NCBI RefSeq assembly: GCF_009914755.1
Contig: NC_060932.1
Origin: the human T2T-CHM13v2.0 reference genome, Homo sapiens
Length of the DNA stretch: 64,000 nt
Direction: 5' to 3' (one strand)
Shown: piece by piece, positions 40,850 to 54,504 of the stretch
Numbering within the stretch: the first letter of the stretch is position 1
Layout of the letters: every line of letters starts with the position of its first letter
Program-made: the position numbers and the translations under genes
Notes under the pieces: generated by a model
Databases searched by the model: none
What the model was told of the DNA's origin: nothing
Seen by the model: only the letters and a program-made list of their open reading frames with translations

Positions 40850-41695
40850 CGCCTTCTTGGAACTACTCTCTTCGCTTCCACCCTGACCTCTGCTATCTGT
40901 CCTTTGCAAGCTGCTTCTCCTGTTCCTGACTCCTCCATGTAGGTCACACTCACTCTCTCTCTGTTCTCTCTGCTTTGGAGATTTCAACCACTTTTCTGGT
41001 TTCAACTTGTATTTCTGGGGGGAATTGATCCCAAACATGAAGGTCGCACTGATCTTCACTGCCTGTGAGTACCACATTTCCTTCCTTCCTTTCCGCCCTC
41101 TCTCCCTTTCCCTTTCCACTCTTCCTTTCTTCCTTAAAGAGTGGGCTGGATCCTATGCCTGATACCAGATATATAAAGTGAAATAAGTGACACCTTTGCT
41201 CTTAAGTTCGCTATTGAAAGTGAATTAGAGCCTGTAATCCCAGCACTTCGGGAGGCCAAGGTGGGCAGATCACCTGAGGTCAGGTGTCGGAAATCAGCCT
41301 GGTCAACATGGCAAAACTCCGTCTCTACTAAAAATACAAAAATCAGCCAGGTGTGGTGGTGGGCACCTGTAATTCTAGCTACTCGGGGAGGCTGAGGCAG
41401 GAGAATTCACTTGAACCCAGGAGGCAGAGGTTGCAGTGAGCTGAGATCATACCACTGCACTTTAGCCTGGGCAACAGAGTGAGACTGTCTCGAAGAAAAA
41501 AAAAAAGGAAAGCGAATTCGAGAAAAGGCTAACTGTCCTCTGGACCTTCTGCCTGGACATGCCGCTGGTACCTTCAACTTACCCTGCCCTAATCAAACTC
41601 CTTAATTTCTTCCCATCATCCTACTTCCTTCCAACCTCCCTATTTCTGCTCAGGGTGCCATTATCTTCCTAGTCACACCTGAAATTTTAGAAGTT
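40850..41695 (+). mobile_element. L2 fragment interrupted at 41081/41531 by a templated insertion plus an Alu
   Basis: L2 sequence CCACATTTCC|AACTG.CCT.TGGAC rejoins across the insert. Confidence 0.7.
41230..41507 (+). mobile_element. AluSx, lacking the first ~20 nt
   Basis: GATCACCTGAGGTCAGG; TSD GAAAG(T/C)GAATT(A/C)GAG at 41216-41230 and 41508-41522. Confidence 0.94.
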
Positions 41696-42312
41696 TTTTT
41701 TTTTTTTAATGGGCAGGGTCAAAGTGAGGGCAGGATTAAGGAAGTGTAAGCCACTGAGGATTCTTCCCAGGTGGTTCTCTCTCAGGTACGGCCCTATTTG
41801 CCCGCCCCTCTCCCCCTTCCTAGTTTAGCCTCTCACCTAGGCTGTTGCAAGAGGTTCTTAACTATTTTTCTCTCTGTGTGAGAGACGGGAGATTGCGAGA
41901 GATTGTCCTTAGCTTTTCCTTTCTCATTTGAACATCCCCCACTCATTATTAAATACGTGGAGAAAATAATTTTGCTCTGTAGTTGTGTAATAAAGCTCTT
42001 TGTGGCAGCTTGTTCAGCGTGGGCTGGAGAGCATAAACAAATGGAGGTCACTTTGCCTTCTGGGGGATTATTTTTAATATCCAAGATTTTTCAGTGCCTG
42101 CTCATTTCCCCTGCTTCTTACTTCAGAAGCTTCTCACAACTAAATCCATTGATGGCTTCCACAAAACCTAAATCCCACAAGAGAATGCGTAATTAAGAGA
42201 CCTTCAGATCGTCAATCAAAACACAGGTACTCATGTTTTAGATACATTATTACCTGGCTTTGCACACCACGTAGAAACAGCAAATTAGGTTTCTAAAAGG
42301 AGGGAGGAGTGC

Positions 42313-42560
42313 TAATAATGCTAGCATTTACTGACATTACAGGGTGACCTTTTAGAACGAGCAGAGGAAAGGAAGGAGAGTAATCAATTATCTTTTAAGT
42401 ATTTTATATTCATTGTTCTATAAATCCCAACAACAACTCTCATATACCAGATGAGGAAACTGGAACTTAAGAGATGTTTAATGACTCACTCAAGGTCATA
42501 TTTCTGAAAGAACTAGAGATTCTAACTTGAGCCTCTTTAATTTCCAAAGCTAATTTTCTC
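42313..42560 (-). mobile_element. MIR
   Basis: CAGATGAGGAAACTG...TTTAATGACTCACTCAAGGTCA. Confidence 0.75.
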
Positions 42561-42689
42561 TTTATTATGGCAGCATTTCCCAAAATGACTGCATGGAACA
42601 AGACTTCTTTGGAATGATGATAGGGATTCTGTGTAAAAGGTCAATGAAGTTACAGAATGCTTCTAACACAGCTCTTCTGTTGTTGACTC

Positions 42690-43150
42690 TTATCCCCACC
42701 TTCAGCCTGTGGCAAACATTGATTTCTTTTGTTCTATAGTTTTGCCTTTCCAGATGCCATATGAATGGAATCATGCAGTTTGCAGCCTTTTTGGTTTATC
42801 TCTCCTTTTCATTTAGCAAAGGCACTTGAGATTCCCTGTGTTGTGTGTATCAATAGTTGGTTCCTATCATTGCTAATGAGTATTCCACTGCATGGATGTA
42901 CTGCAGTTTGTTTATCCATTCACTGATTGAAGGACATTTCAGTTTATAGTTTTGGGCCATTGTGAATAAAGCTGCTATAGACAATCACATACAGGTGTTA
43001 GATTGCTGGTTAATTGGTTACCTTGAAACCTCAGCTCTCTAATGGGTTCATGAAAAATTGTGAATTTGCAATTGGTTTGACTTTTGATATTGTTATAAAG
43101 GAGAAAGCAATGCCCTTCTAAACTTCACCTGTCTCAAGCTGAAACTAATC
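42690..43150 (-). mobile_element. Old L1M (L1MC/MD/ME) fragments
   Basis: ATATGAATGGAATCATGCAG...GTTTGTTTATCCATTCAC...GTGAATAAAGCTGCTAT. Confidence 0.8.
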
Positions 43151-43324
43151 CTAAACTGGATTCTATTTGTTCATTAAAAGAAATGTAAGCAATGGTTTTG
43201 AATAGACCCATATGATTCCACAAACTGATGCAGTTTATTTCCAATATTGTAGATATTGTTTATCTGCACATGAGAAATTTGATTGTCATTTTTTTCATCC
43301 GTGAACATGGAGGGTTAATCTCTA

Positions 43325-43696
<372 letters not shown>

Positions 43697-43800
43697 CTAC
43701 AGTGTTCTTTTGTTGATTCCATCCCTAAGTAAGTAAGATTCCTTAGATCTAACTAACGTCAGTCTTAGATGAACTACTGTTCGTCTCACAGGTGCCTGTG

Positions 43801-43804
<4 letters not shown>

Positions 43805-43845
<41 letters not shown>

Positions 43846-43858
43846 AGACAGAGAGAGA
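43805..43858. repeat. (GT)19 followed by (GA)n compound microsatellite
   Basis: Read directly. Confidence 0.97.
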
Positions 43859-44589
43859 ATGATGGAAACACAGGAGCTAGCATATTCCTGTCTAAGCTCA
43901 GGAAAAGTGTATATTTTTGGATGCCTATATCATTCAGCTGTACCTTCCTCCCTCCCTCATCTTTGCTGTTATCTTCTGATTTCCTGATCACTACAGCCTG
44001 TCCACTGGAGCCTTGGGGAGATAGTCCTGTTATAAATCCCAAATTTTGTCATCTGAACTCTAGCCTCTGAGAATTGCCGTAGATAAAGCCCCAAAATGGT
44101 GCCTATACAGATACATGTTTTCAAACCTGACCTCAGCTCTCAGCCCTCACTTCAAAATTCTTGTGTGCATCCCTAGCCTGCTCATTTTCCCGTTAAATTC
44201 AGAGAGTATTTCAAAATATTAATCCCCTTTTCAAGATGTTCAGACTACTGTCCTGTTACTCAATTCAGCCGATGACCTCACTGCCTAATGGACAGAGATA
44301 CACAGTCATCACATGGGTCTTCTCCCTGTCTTCCATGTAGTTTCTCACATCTTTTTTAACCTCTTCTTTTTGTTTTAGTCAAAGATATATTTATCTTCCA
44401 ATCTAAGCTTAATCCTTCCCTCAAAACCCAGAAATGTCTAATATATAGAATCAACTACTAGTTGTTGACAAAAACAGCTGAGATTTTGACTGGGAATTAT
44501 TGAATTTATGGAGAGATTCACACTAATTATTAAATTAATATTTGCTGACATCCTTGGTAATATTTCTTGTTTGATGGTTAATTTTCTTG

Positions 44590-45030
44590 ATAGGACTATA
44601 GTGACTTTAGCTTTTTTAAAATTTGTATTTGCATCCTTTTTCTCTTCATTTTACTATAATCTGTCTTGAGTTTTTGTATTTAAAATGAGCTTCCTGTAGA
44701 CAGTATACAATTGGATCTTTTTTTATCTCGTTTGAAATTTAAATTGGGTATTTTATTATATTGACTAATATATGCTGAATATTTAAATTGGATAGTTTAG
44801 GACATTTATACTAATGTAATTTCTCATAGTTTGGTTTATATTTTATATCTTACTATTTTTTATTCACTCTCTGTTCCATTTTCTTGCTTTCTTTTGGATT
44901 CAGTATTGTACATTATTTCATTTCACCTTGTTTACTCAATTTTTAGTGTTTTGCCATGTTTTCTTTTTTAAATAATTGATCTAGGGTTTAAAATATGAAT
45001 CTTTAACTTATCGCAATCTACCATTTCATG
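44590..45030 (-). mobile_element. Old L1ME-type fragment
   Basis: CTTCCTGTAGACAGTATACAATTGGATCTT...TTTAGGACATTTATA; T-rich. Confidence 0.6.
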
Positions 45031-45233
45031 TGTAATTTAAGACCTTAAGACATATATTTCCATTTCTTTCGCTCTGTCCTGTGACTTGTACAAAGTTTAA
45101 ATTAAGATTTATGACATAGTTCAGGATAATTTCCACTGTGTCATTTTGGAATGGCTCACTGTTGTGGACCCCAGGGATGCCAAGACATAGAACTGTCTGC
45201 AAGGTGATTACTTGAGAATATGAAACATATTTA

Positions 45234-46160
45234 TTTAAAAAAGTACACATATATATAATTTCAATAACTTTTGGGGCACAAGTGGTTGTTTTTGGTTACA
45301 TGGATGAATTGTAGAATTGTGAAGTCTGAGATTGCAGGGCACCCATCACCTGAGAAGTGTACATTATGCCCAATAAGCAACTGTTTATCCCTTAACCCCA
45401 TTCCACACTCCCCCCTTCTGAGTCTATAATGTCCATTACACCACTCTGTATGCCTTTGCAAACCTATATCTTAGCTCCCACTTATAAGTAAGACTGTATG
45501 GTATTTGGTTTTCTATTTTTGAGTTATTTCACTTTAAAATAGTGGCTTCCATCTCCATGCTGCTGCAAAATATTTCATTCTTTTTTATGGCTGAGTAGTA
45601 TTCCATGGTGTATACATACACCACATTTTTTTAATCCACTCTTCGGTTGATGGGCACTTAGGTTGGTTCCATATCTTTGCAACTGTGAATTGTACTGTAA
45701 TGAACATATGCATGCAGGTGTCTTTTTGATATACTGACTTCTTTTCCTTTGAGTAAATACTCAGTAGTGGGATCACTGCGTATCAAAGGGTAGATCTGCT
45801 TTTAGTTCTTTAAGAAATCTCCATATTGCTTTACATAGAGGTTGTACTAATTTACATTCCCACCAGCAGTGTATAAATGTTCTTTTTTCACCAACATCTG
45901 TTAATATTTTTTGACTTTTTAATGCCATTCTGGCTGGTGTAAGGTTGAATCTCATAGTGGTTTGCACTTCCCTGATGATGAGTAATGTTGAGCATTCTTT
46001 CACGTTTTTTGGCCATTTGTATAACATCTATTAATAAACGTCTATGTCATTTGCCCACTTTTTGGTGATACTATGTTTTTCTTTTGCTGATTTGTTTGAA
46101 TTCCTTATAGATTCTAGATATTAGCTCTTTGTCAGATGCATAGTTTGCAAATATTTTCTC
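45234..46160 (-). mobile_element. 5'-truncated L1PB (3' end of ORF2 plus 3' UTR)
   Basis: TTTTTGGTTACATGGATGAATT...CTTAGCTCCCACTTATAAGT...TTTATGGCTGAGTAGTATTCCATGG; probable TSD at 45215-45233 and 46162-46180 (16/19). Confidence 0.9.
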
Positions 46161-46890
46161 AAAAATATGGAACAAATTTAAATGGAAAGTAATTATAACA
46201 GGACAAGAAAATATATGTAGTAAACACCTAATGACAAGAACAGATACTAAGGACAAAATGAGCTCACGGCAGAACAGCATTGCTTTAAGTGCTCAGGAGA
46301 AGGTTCATCAAAGGACTAGAATTCAAAAGAAGAATGTATCCAAAGAATGATTTTATTAGTTGAGCAGATGTGAATATGATGGTGACACTGAGATACGGTA
46401 GGACTGATCGGATGCAAATGAGCTTGAACAGGATGACAATTTCAGGCTGCAGACGGTAGAATATAAATTTGGAGCAATTGGCATAATTCTGCAAAATTGA
46501 GCACAGTATTTCTTGCAATATGCTATGTCATTATTCTACAAATTTTGTTTCTATGGCTTTGTCCCTTTGCATGGTAATGCTATTCCGTCTCACTCTTTTA
46601 GATAACAGCAATTTGTTACACAGCTTTCCAAAAGCAGCACTGCTTTCATAAACTTTGTGTCTAATAACGTTTGTTAATGAATTATTGAAGTGGGAAAGGC
46701 AGAGCTGGGAGGCAGAGAATTTAATAAGTGATGGAGAAAGCAATCATGAATCTGGTAGCAAATATCACTTTTGGCCTTGAGAGAACTTTACTTGAAAAAG
46801 AACAACAAATATTTTATAGTTTCATTCTCTCTTCTCTCAGTCCCTCTTCTCCACTACCTATTAGTTAGATTTGTCCCTCCTTTAAACACA

Positions 46891-47190
46891 TTTTTGTTTG
46901 TTTGAAACAGGGTCTCACTCCATCGCCCAGGCTGGAGTGCAGTGGCGTGATGACAATCACAGCTCACTGTAGCTTCAACCTCCCCAACTCAAGTGAATCT
47001 TCCACCTCAGCCGCTGGAATAGGTGAGACTACAGGTGCAAGCCAGCACACTGGCTTTATTTATTTATTTTTGTTGCAGACAGGGGGTTTTATCATGTTGC
47101 CCATGGTTTTGAACTCCTGGGCGCAAGTGATCCACCCACCTCAGCCTCCCGAAGTGTTGGGATTACAGGCATGAGCCATTGTGCCTGGCC
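46891..47190 (-). mobile_element. AluJ
   Basis: J-type ATCACAGCTCACTG.AGC.TCAACCTCC; diverged. Confidence 0.92.
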
Positions 47191-48744
47191 TTAATACATT
47201 GCTAATTTAACTCTCGTGTTCCAGCTTGTATTGCTCTTAATTAACGTGTGAGTGATCCACTTAGTGACCTCACGCCATAGTTGTTGCCTGCCACTGCATA
47301 TGGGGGTGGCTTATCTCCTCTCTGATGGAATCATCCTAGAGGCTGTGCAGGCATTTCACTTTTCCTTCACTATTTCATGGCACTTCCCAAAAGATAATTC
47401 TCATTGATACATGGAGATCATTCCTCAGTCAACAGTGTCTCCATATAGTCAGCAATATATAAAGAAACTTTCTGTATGATTACTAATCTGGCATTAAGAC
47501 TCCTCCTGCCCCTTTCCAACTGTAGCAGTGCACAGCTATTGCCATGACCAATGCTACTTCCATATCCCTTACCACTACCATCGTTGGCTGTTATGCTCAG
47601 CATGGTGCTAGACACACTCTCTGTACTGTTTCCAATCCTCCCATAACCCTGCATCACTGACATCATTCTTCATGAGCTCCCCAATTAACTAATGGATTAT
47701 GCAACTTGCCCAAAGTGAGTGATTAGTAAAGCCAGGAATTAAGCCTAGATCTATCTAATTCTTAAGCTAAAGTTCTCTCAACCATCACAAACGGCCTATC
47801 AAGTGCCCTGTGTTTAACAAGAATTCATTTTCCAAAGCTTACATTGGATCCCTACAGGGCTGTGTCTGAAAACCCACTGTTATGTTCAGTGTGTACCTAC
47901 AGATGTCTTTCTGAACCTCTTAATGTTTTTACTGTTTTTATTATTTTTATTTTTCTCCCCGCCCCTACCCCTCAGCTAAATGTCCTACCCATGGTTTGGA
48001 GTGCCTGTGGCAGTTGGTGAACACTCCAGTGACCATTGATCTTATTCAATAAATGCTTTTTAAGGGCTGTGTAACACATTCTCAATGTGAGGTCATTTCA
48101 TAATAGGGAAAATTGGGCAATTCAGTAGTTTAGAAGTGGTGGCATATGGTAAGTCTAGTTTGAGTCTTGGGGGAAGGGGGTTGATAATACATGATGGTAC
48201 AGGGTGTAACTTATTTTAAACATAGTCATACTGAAACATTTACACACCAAAATAATTGCCAGTAGTATCTGCTCTCAGGTTATGCCATATTTGTGTTTCT
48301 TATAAAACATAGAAAAAATCCCTGCTGTATCTGGTGGTTTTAATTATTTCATGCTTTGCCACTCTAGTTCCTATTTCATACTTCAAGTCAAATTCATTTT
48401 CTATAGTTCCAAATCTCTTGTATTTAAATCTTGCTATGTTTAGAATTTTTATCCCAGTTACATCAAATGAGCAGACACTGTTGGTTGTCCCCCTTATTCC
48501 CGGAGGCAAGGTTGTAAGCTTGGCTTTATTCCAGCAACAAGGGGATGCATCTTGATGAGTTCTAGCCAATTATAGATCATTTCATCACCCTTTAAAGTGA
48601 ATAGTTTAAGTCTTGACATTTAATGCAATTTTGGCTGAAGAGACATGAGGGGAAGTCTGTTGAATGATTCTTGTAAAGCTTATTTTCATTGGTAAATATT
48701 TATGCTGGAGGAAATATTTTTCTTTTCTTGAATCCCTCACTATT

Positions 48745-48940
48745 TCTGTGACTATTGTGATGTATGCAACTTCTGTAGTCATATTGCAATGATGAGAAAC
48801 AAACCTAAGGAGGAAAGAAAACAGATTAAGGATGCAATGCTGCAAGATGGAAAAATCCTGCATCCCTAGTCATGTTTTTGAGCTACTGAGTTAATAAATT
48901 CCAAAGCTGAACTGTAATGCTTATATGAGGTGATAATACT
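48745..48940 (+). mobile_element. Old MLT1 (J/K/L-like) LTR fragment
   Basis: GTCATATTGCAA..ATGAG...AAGATGGAAAAA.CCTG..TCCCT...TTTGAGCTACTGA. Confidence 0.55.
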
Positions 48941-51131
48941 ACTAGGTGTGCAATTTGTTATTTATGAGCTATCAAACTTTGAGAAGTGGTCAGTTTTTTT
49001 TTCTCCCACAGAAGCACTTGTCAGAGATTGCAAGGCCAATAGATAAATGAAGAAAAAGCTCAACGAGCTGAAGGAGGTTGAAAAAGTACTGTATAATTAT
49101 TAGGATATGAATATCAGCAACCTTTTTTTGTTTTCACTATGCTGAATTTCTAATGCATGCATTACTATTAGATGTGGTCTAATTATTTGGCCTTTACAAT
49201 TCTCATGAGTACAGAAATCTCTAGTAGACAAACATGGTGATAAAGTTTTCTGCTGACCTCAAAGTCTTCCATGCAGTGCTTTAGGCTGCTAACTACATCA
49301 ACTCAGCTAATATCTGCTTTTGCAGAGGAGATTTTTGCAAGAAGCAAAGCTGAAGAGTTGGTTTATATAAACCTTTGTGGCAGAATCCCACACTCAGACT
49401 TAAGTTATCTTGAAGAGAATAAACAAGAATGATACATATAAGGCTCACTGACTCAAAAAAATTGATATACTCATTTTCTAAATCTTGCAATCGTGTCGGT
49501 AAATGACAAACGTGAAATTAATAGCAATAGCTAAATAAACAATTGAAACCATTACAAGATGTGCTTTGTCCTTCGGCATGGAACATTCCAGCCAATCTTC
49601 TTGTTCTCCTCCAGTATCGCCTTCAGGATCTAACTTCTCCTGACAAAAATTAGAGAACCCAAGGTCTGTATCTCCCTCTTCTCTTAGAAACCACATCTAT
49701 TTTGTTGTTCATTCTGTCAAATGCTGGAATTTGCTGACACATTGGAAAATATGATAAAAATACAAAAGCATTTCAGTAGGATTCAGAAGACTTGGGTTCT
49801 GGCCTCCGTGTCATCATTGACTAGCTTTGTAATCATACAGACTTTAGGTAGATTTGCTTTATCCATTTTGGAAATGATTTAATCAAAGCCAATTGAAGTG
49901 ATTTTTGGATAAGCCACAACATCCATACTCTCTGGTAGTAATGAATCACTAAGAGTTGACTATAAACTCAATTTTGTCTTATCACATTATGCATACCTAC
50001 ATTACTTGCTCACCATGGATTGTGAAGGTCTTTGCCCTTCAACTAATAATACACATGCATAGCCAGTCAAGATATGGTCTGAATCCCTGGGGTCATGTGA
50101 TGCTCTTTGCCCCACATGGACACATAGCATTGCACTTGTTATCCCTAAACTTCTACCAGCTGTGCTTATTGACCTTGTTGCATATCAACTTGTTATGGAC
50201 ACCCATGCCAGAAACTGTGGAGATGGGTGCAAGATACTGAACAAATAAGCAAATGGTACTAATGGATCTGCTAATGATGCAGAACCGTAGAGCTGATTAC
50301 CTGCAAGCATATTATCTCTTGGTTAAATACTGACTTTGAAGGTGGCACCCGTTCCAAGCTGCTCCTCTGCTTCCTCATACGTGATTTACAATCAGTTGTC
50401 AAGTGATAATTTGATGAGATTAAATTATGTTTTTAGAGAAATAAGTCTGCTTTGCCACACTTGAGAAATTTTATGTCACACCAATGTTACGGATATCTCA
50501 CATCATAGTCAAACCTTTATGTACTGGATTTTTATTATTTATTGACAAAGCCTCTGTGGGTCCTTTTCTGACAGCTCATATACAAGGGTCTTAATGTCAA
50601 GGTCAGACCAGTACAGTAGGATTTGTGTTTTTAAGGATAATACCAACCTATTAAGAAAGGAAAGACTTGGAAGACCAAGGAGGATGGAGCAGAATAAAAG
50701 ATGGAAAGGGAGAGCAAATATATTACATTTTTTTTTCCTGCAGAAAGAGATAGGGAGGAATTTTCTTTTTAAGAGTTAGCAGATAATTGTGTCTCCCTCT
50801 TTTTTTCTTATTGACCATGGTCCTGCTGTAAGGTTTGCGAGGTCAGGTAAGTTAATGTGCTGAATCCAAGTATCTCTAGGTCAAGGAAACATGAAAATGT
50901 TCAAATTTTTGTGTCAGAATTCAGGGCTTTTTGTTGATGTTGTTCTATATCTGTATCTGAGGCTCTATTCTTGGACATTCGGTATTTGGTTAAAAATACT
51001 GTAAAGATGTAGTGAGATAATGGATATGGAGAGAAGAGATTGTTTTCATTAGTATTGTTTAAGCCCATTAGTGTGTGACAGTTTGGCTGGACAGAGCTTC
51101 AGAGCTTCATAGAAAGGGTGTTATCAGAGGT

Positions 51132-51442
51132 TTGTTTGTTTGTTTGTTTGTTTGTTTTTTGAGATGGAATCTTGCTCATTCATCCAGGCTGGAGTGCAGT
51201 GGGTGTGATATTGGCTCACTGCAGCCTTTGCCTCCCCAGTTACAGTGATTCTCCTGCCTCAGCCTCCCAGGTAGCTGGGATTACAGGCATGTGCCACCAC
51301 GCCTGGCTAATTTTTGTATTTTTAGTAGAGATGGGGTTTCATCATGTTGGCCAGGCTGTCTTGAACTCTTGACCTCCGGTGATCCACCTGCCTCAGCCTC
51401 CCAAAGTGCTGGGATTACAGGCGTGAGCCACCGAGCCTGGCC
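51132..51442 (-). mobile_element. AluSx with (GTTT)n tail
   Basis: Full dimer; TSD CAGAGGT at 51125-51131 and 51443-51449. Confidence 0.95.
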
Positions 51443-51624
51443 CAGAGGTGTCTTGATTGAGCCATGGAATGACAAAATAAGAATGGATGCTTTTACAATT
51501 CTGATCTTTCCCGCTCCATTTATAGACAGGAACATTGAGGATGAAGAAGATGAGATAATTTAAGACTACCTGAAAAATTAATGTCAGAGTCACTAGGACA
51601 TTAAAGAGATAAAACACCAAAGGG

Positions 51625-51895
51625 TGCAAGTGTTTTGGGGTCTAGAGCTGGGCTCTGAGCCAAAACATGCTTCTGCCACCCCTAACTAAGTGCCTTTGAA
51701 CAAGTTGCCTAGTTTCTCTGGGACTAATCTTCCTCATATTTAAAATAAAGGTGTTATATACCCATGGTTTTGTTTTATCTACCCCATAAGGTGATTATGT
51801 ATGAAAATATATGTAAGGATTATAAGTATATATAAAGTAAAAGTATACTTAGGCAATACCTAGTAAATGCTCCATAAATGTTAGCTACTATTAAC
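51625..51895 (+). mobile_element. MIR
   Basis: TTGAACAAGTTGCCTA.TTTCTCTG...TTCCTCAT.TTTAAAAT...TAGTAAATGCTCCATAAATGTTAGCTA. Confidence 0.75.
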
Positions 51896-53513
51896 TATAA
51901 TTACAGCAACTAGCATTTCATTTCATTGCTCAAATGTTGACGACAGTAAAGATGATGCAAGGTTATAAAGACTATGCAGCGTCATCTCTGACTGTGGGAA
52001 GAATATGATCTGATTCAGGAGTCAAGAAATGTTGCTCAAGCAGTTAAAGAGCAATGAAAGGAAGAAACACAAGCTGGTTATTTATAATAGGTATTCATCA
52101 AGGTTAGACAAATCTGGGAATTTGAAATAGTGCACCTAGTAGAAATGCAACTGGCCTCTTCTCAGCCTTGAAAGAAACAAGTTTCCCTGAAAGAAAGGAG
52201 TTTCTTTTAAGGCTGGGGGCTTTAGTAAAAAGTCTGAGGGACCACGGGTGATTCAGTATAAACTTTGGAGTGAGGATATCGCGAAATGCAAACAAACATG
52301 GAAGTATCACAGGAAAAAGATGCAGATTTAACAACCTGCTGGACAGAAGGAAGCTTATAATGGTGCAAGTCACCTAATGACATTTTTGTTTACATTACTA
52401 CTTTACTCTTCCTTTCCTCTAATCTCAGAGGAAGGGATAAGAATTAGCAGCTGGTATATGGGGATAAAAATGAAGGAGAAAGAAAAAAGTTACCTGCAAT
52501 TCCTTTCTTAAAGGCAGATGCCTTGTCTTCAATAAGGCATAGCTTGGAAAGAGTATGATGATGTCTTGCTTTTGATTAAAGTAGGTAATTAGGCTGGAGA
52601 ATTTTATGTACTGAACTGAGTGTTTGTGACTCAAACTCATGATAGATCTTTCTATTGTAAAGTGTCTAGTGGAGTTATGGGAGGGAAGAGCTAACTAAAT
52701 TTTTATTCAATGGTAAAGGAAAAACTAGTATCACTGAATACCTTCAAAGGCACAGTGGGAGATATAGTAACTTTATGATTCTCTTCATGAGTCTACTCTC
52801 CTCAAAGAATCATTTAATGTGTTTGTCCAAATTTGCTATCAGCCACCAAATTATTCCAGCCAATTTTGTCACCCGAAGTCCTCAAGGTAAAACAGCCTAT
52901 CATTCTCTTAAATTATTTTCAGAATGACAGAAGGAAAGCATATCTACATATTTATTTATATCTACATATGTAGGTATACATTTACATACAAATTATAATT
53001 CTCTAGACCTTTCTACACTCACTTATGCAGCAGTCTTTTATAATATGTGACATATTATTCTTATACTTTGGGTAAAAGAAACAGCTCAGAGAGAGTATTT
53101 CAGTCGGTCAACCAATATAGTAACAAGACAAATTTCTAACAGTTGAAAGAAAAATGAACCAGAGAGTGAACTTCTAGAGTTATAGACTAAAGACCTTAGT
53201 GAACTTGCTTCTCTTCTAAAACAACAAAAATATGGTCCAAACAATTAAAAACAAACATTACAGAAATCTGGCAATAACCAACACCACAGAACAGACTGGA
53301 AATCATGTATCCAAGGGAAACTACTAAAGATCAGTAAAATAGGGTCTGTAAAATTCTAACAATGAGTTCATTTCTTTCCTCCTTCATACTCTGTTCAGCA
53401 GTGTGGTCACCAAACATTGACAGCCATGCAGAAAATGGAAAGATTTATTGTTTTTGGATCTTGGTTAAAAGCGTTGTTCTCAGAGTATGGTAGCTATTTG
53501 ACCCAGAACTTAG

Positions 53514-53516
<3 letters not shown>

Positions 53517-53566
<50 letters not shown>
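53517..53566. repeat. (TG)25 microsatellite
   Basis: Read directly. Confidence 0.98.
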
Positions 53567-53571
<5 letters not shown>

Positions 53572-54504
53572 ATAGCAGAAAGCCTGCTCTAGGACATTAT
53601 TTAAAACAATAGCAAACTGCTGGTGACATTTCAGTTGCCCAAGGCTATGATTTCAGTTGGCCAAACAAGAGCCTGTTTGGGTAATTTTAAAGACAATCCT
53701 GGAGAACTAGACAACTATAGGAAACTTTAGAAAGCTCATACATGTTCCTTGAGATCTAAAAGACTGCACATGAGCAAACCTGAGCAAATGCCTAGGAAAG
53801 AACCGGGAAAGGAAAAGGCACTCACAACTTCCTGTCCTTTTGCAAGTAAGAAATATGAGCTAAGGATACCTTATAAACTGAAGTTTGAAGGGTTACCTTC
53901 TCACACAGGTCCCCTTGGCAACAGTGAAAGATTGAAAGGCAAGGCATTTAAGCATCTCTTCTGACCAATCAGTTGGTGACCACTAAATTATACTAAACCA
54001 GATGTGACCCTTAGGAGGCCAGGCTTAAAAATAAAAGCAAGGACTTTACAAAAAAACTAGCAGAGGCCACATACTTCAGGGAATAAAGAGTCTAGAAAAG
54101 TTGCTAAACAAGTGGCAACCAGAAAAACAACAGCAAAAGCCACAAAACTTTGGGATGGGTGGAGGAATCTGATGCCACAGATGTTACAATGTGTATTTAA
54201 AAATCTAATTTTCAATCACAAGTCCTTGTCTAGTAACTTCCTGAGGAAGCTCAGACATTGGATTTACTAGACATAGACTTTAAATCAGCTATGTTAAATA
54301 TGCTCAAAGAACTCCAGGAAACTATGTCTAAATAATTTTTTAAAAGTATGGCAATACTTCTTACCAAATAGAAAATATTATTAAAGAGCTAGATATTACA
54401 GAAAAGAGCCTAAATAGAAATTCTGGAGTTGAAAATACAATAACAGAAAAGAAAAAATATATAACAGCAATAGTAGATTTGAGCTGGCAGAAGAAAGAAG
54501 TAAT

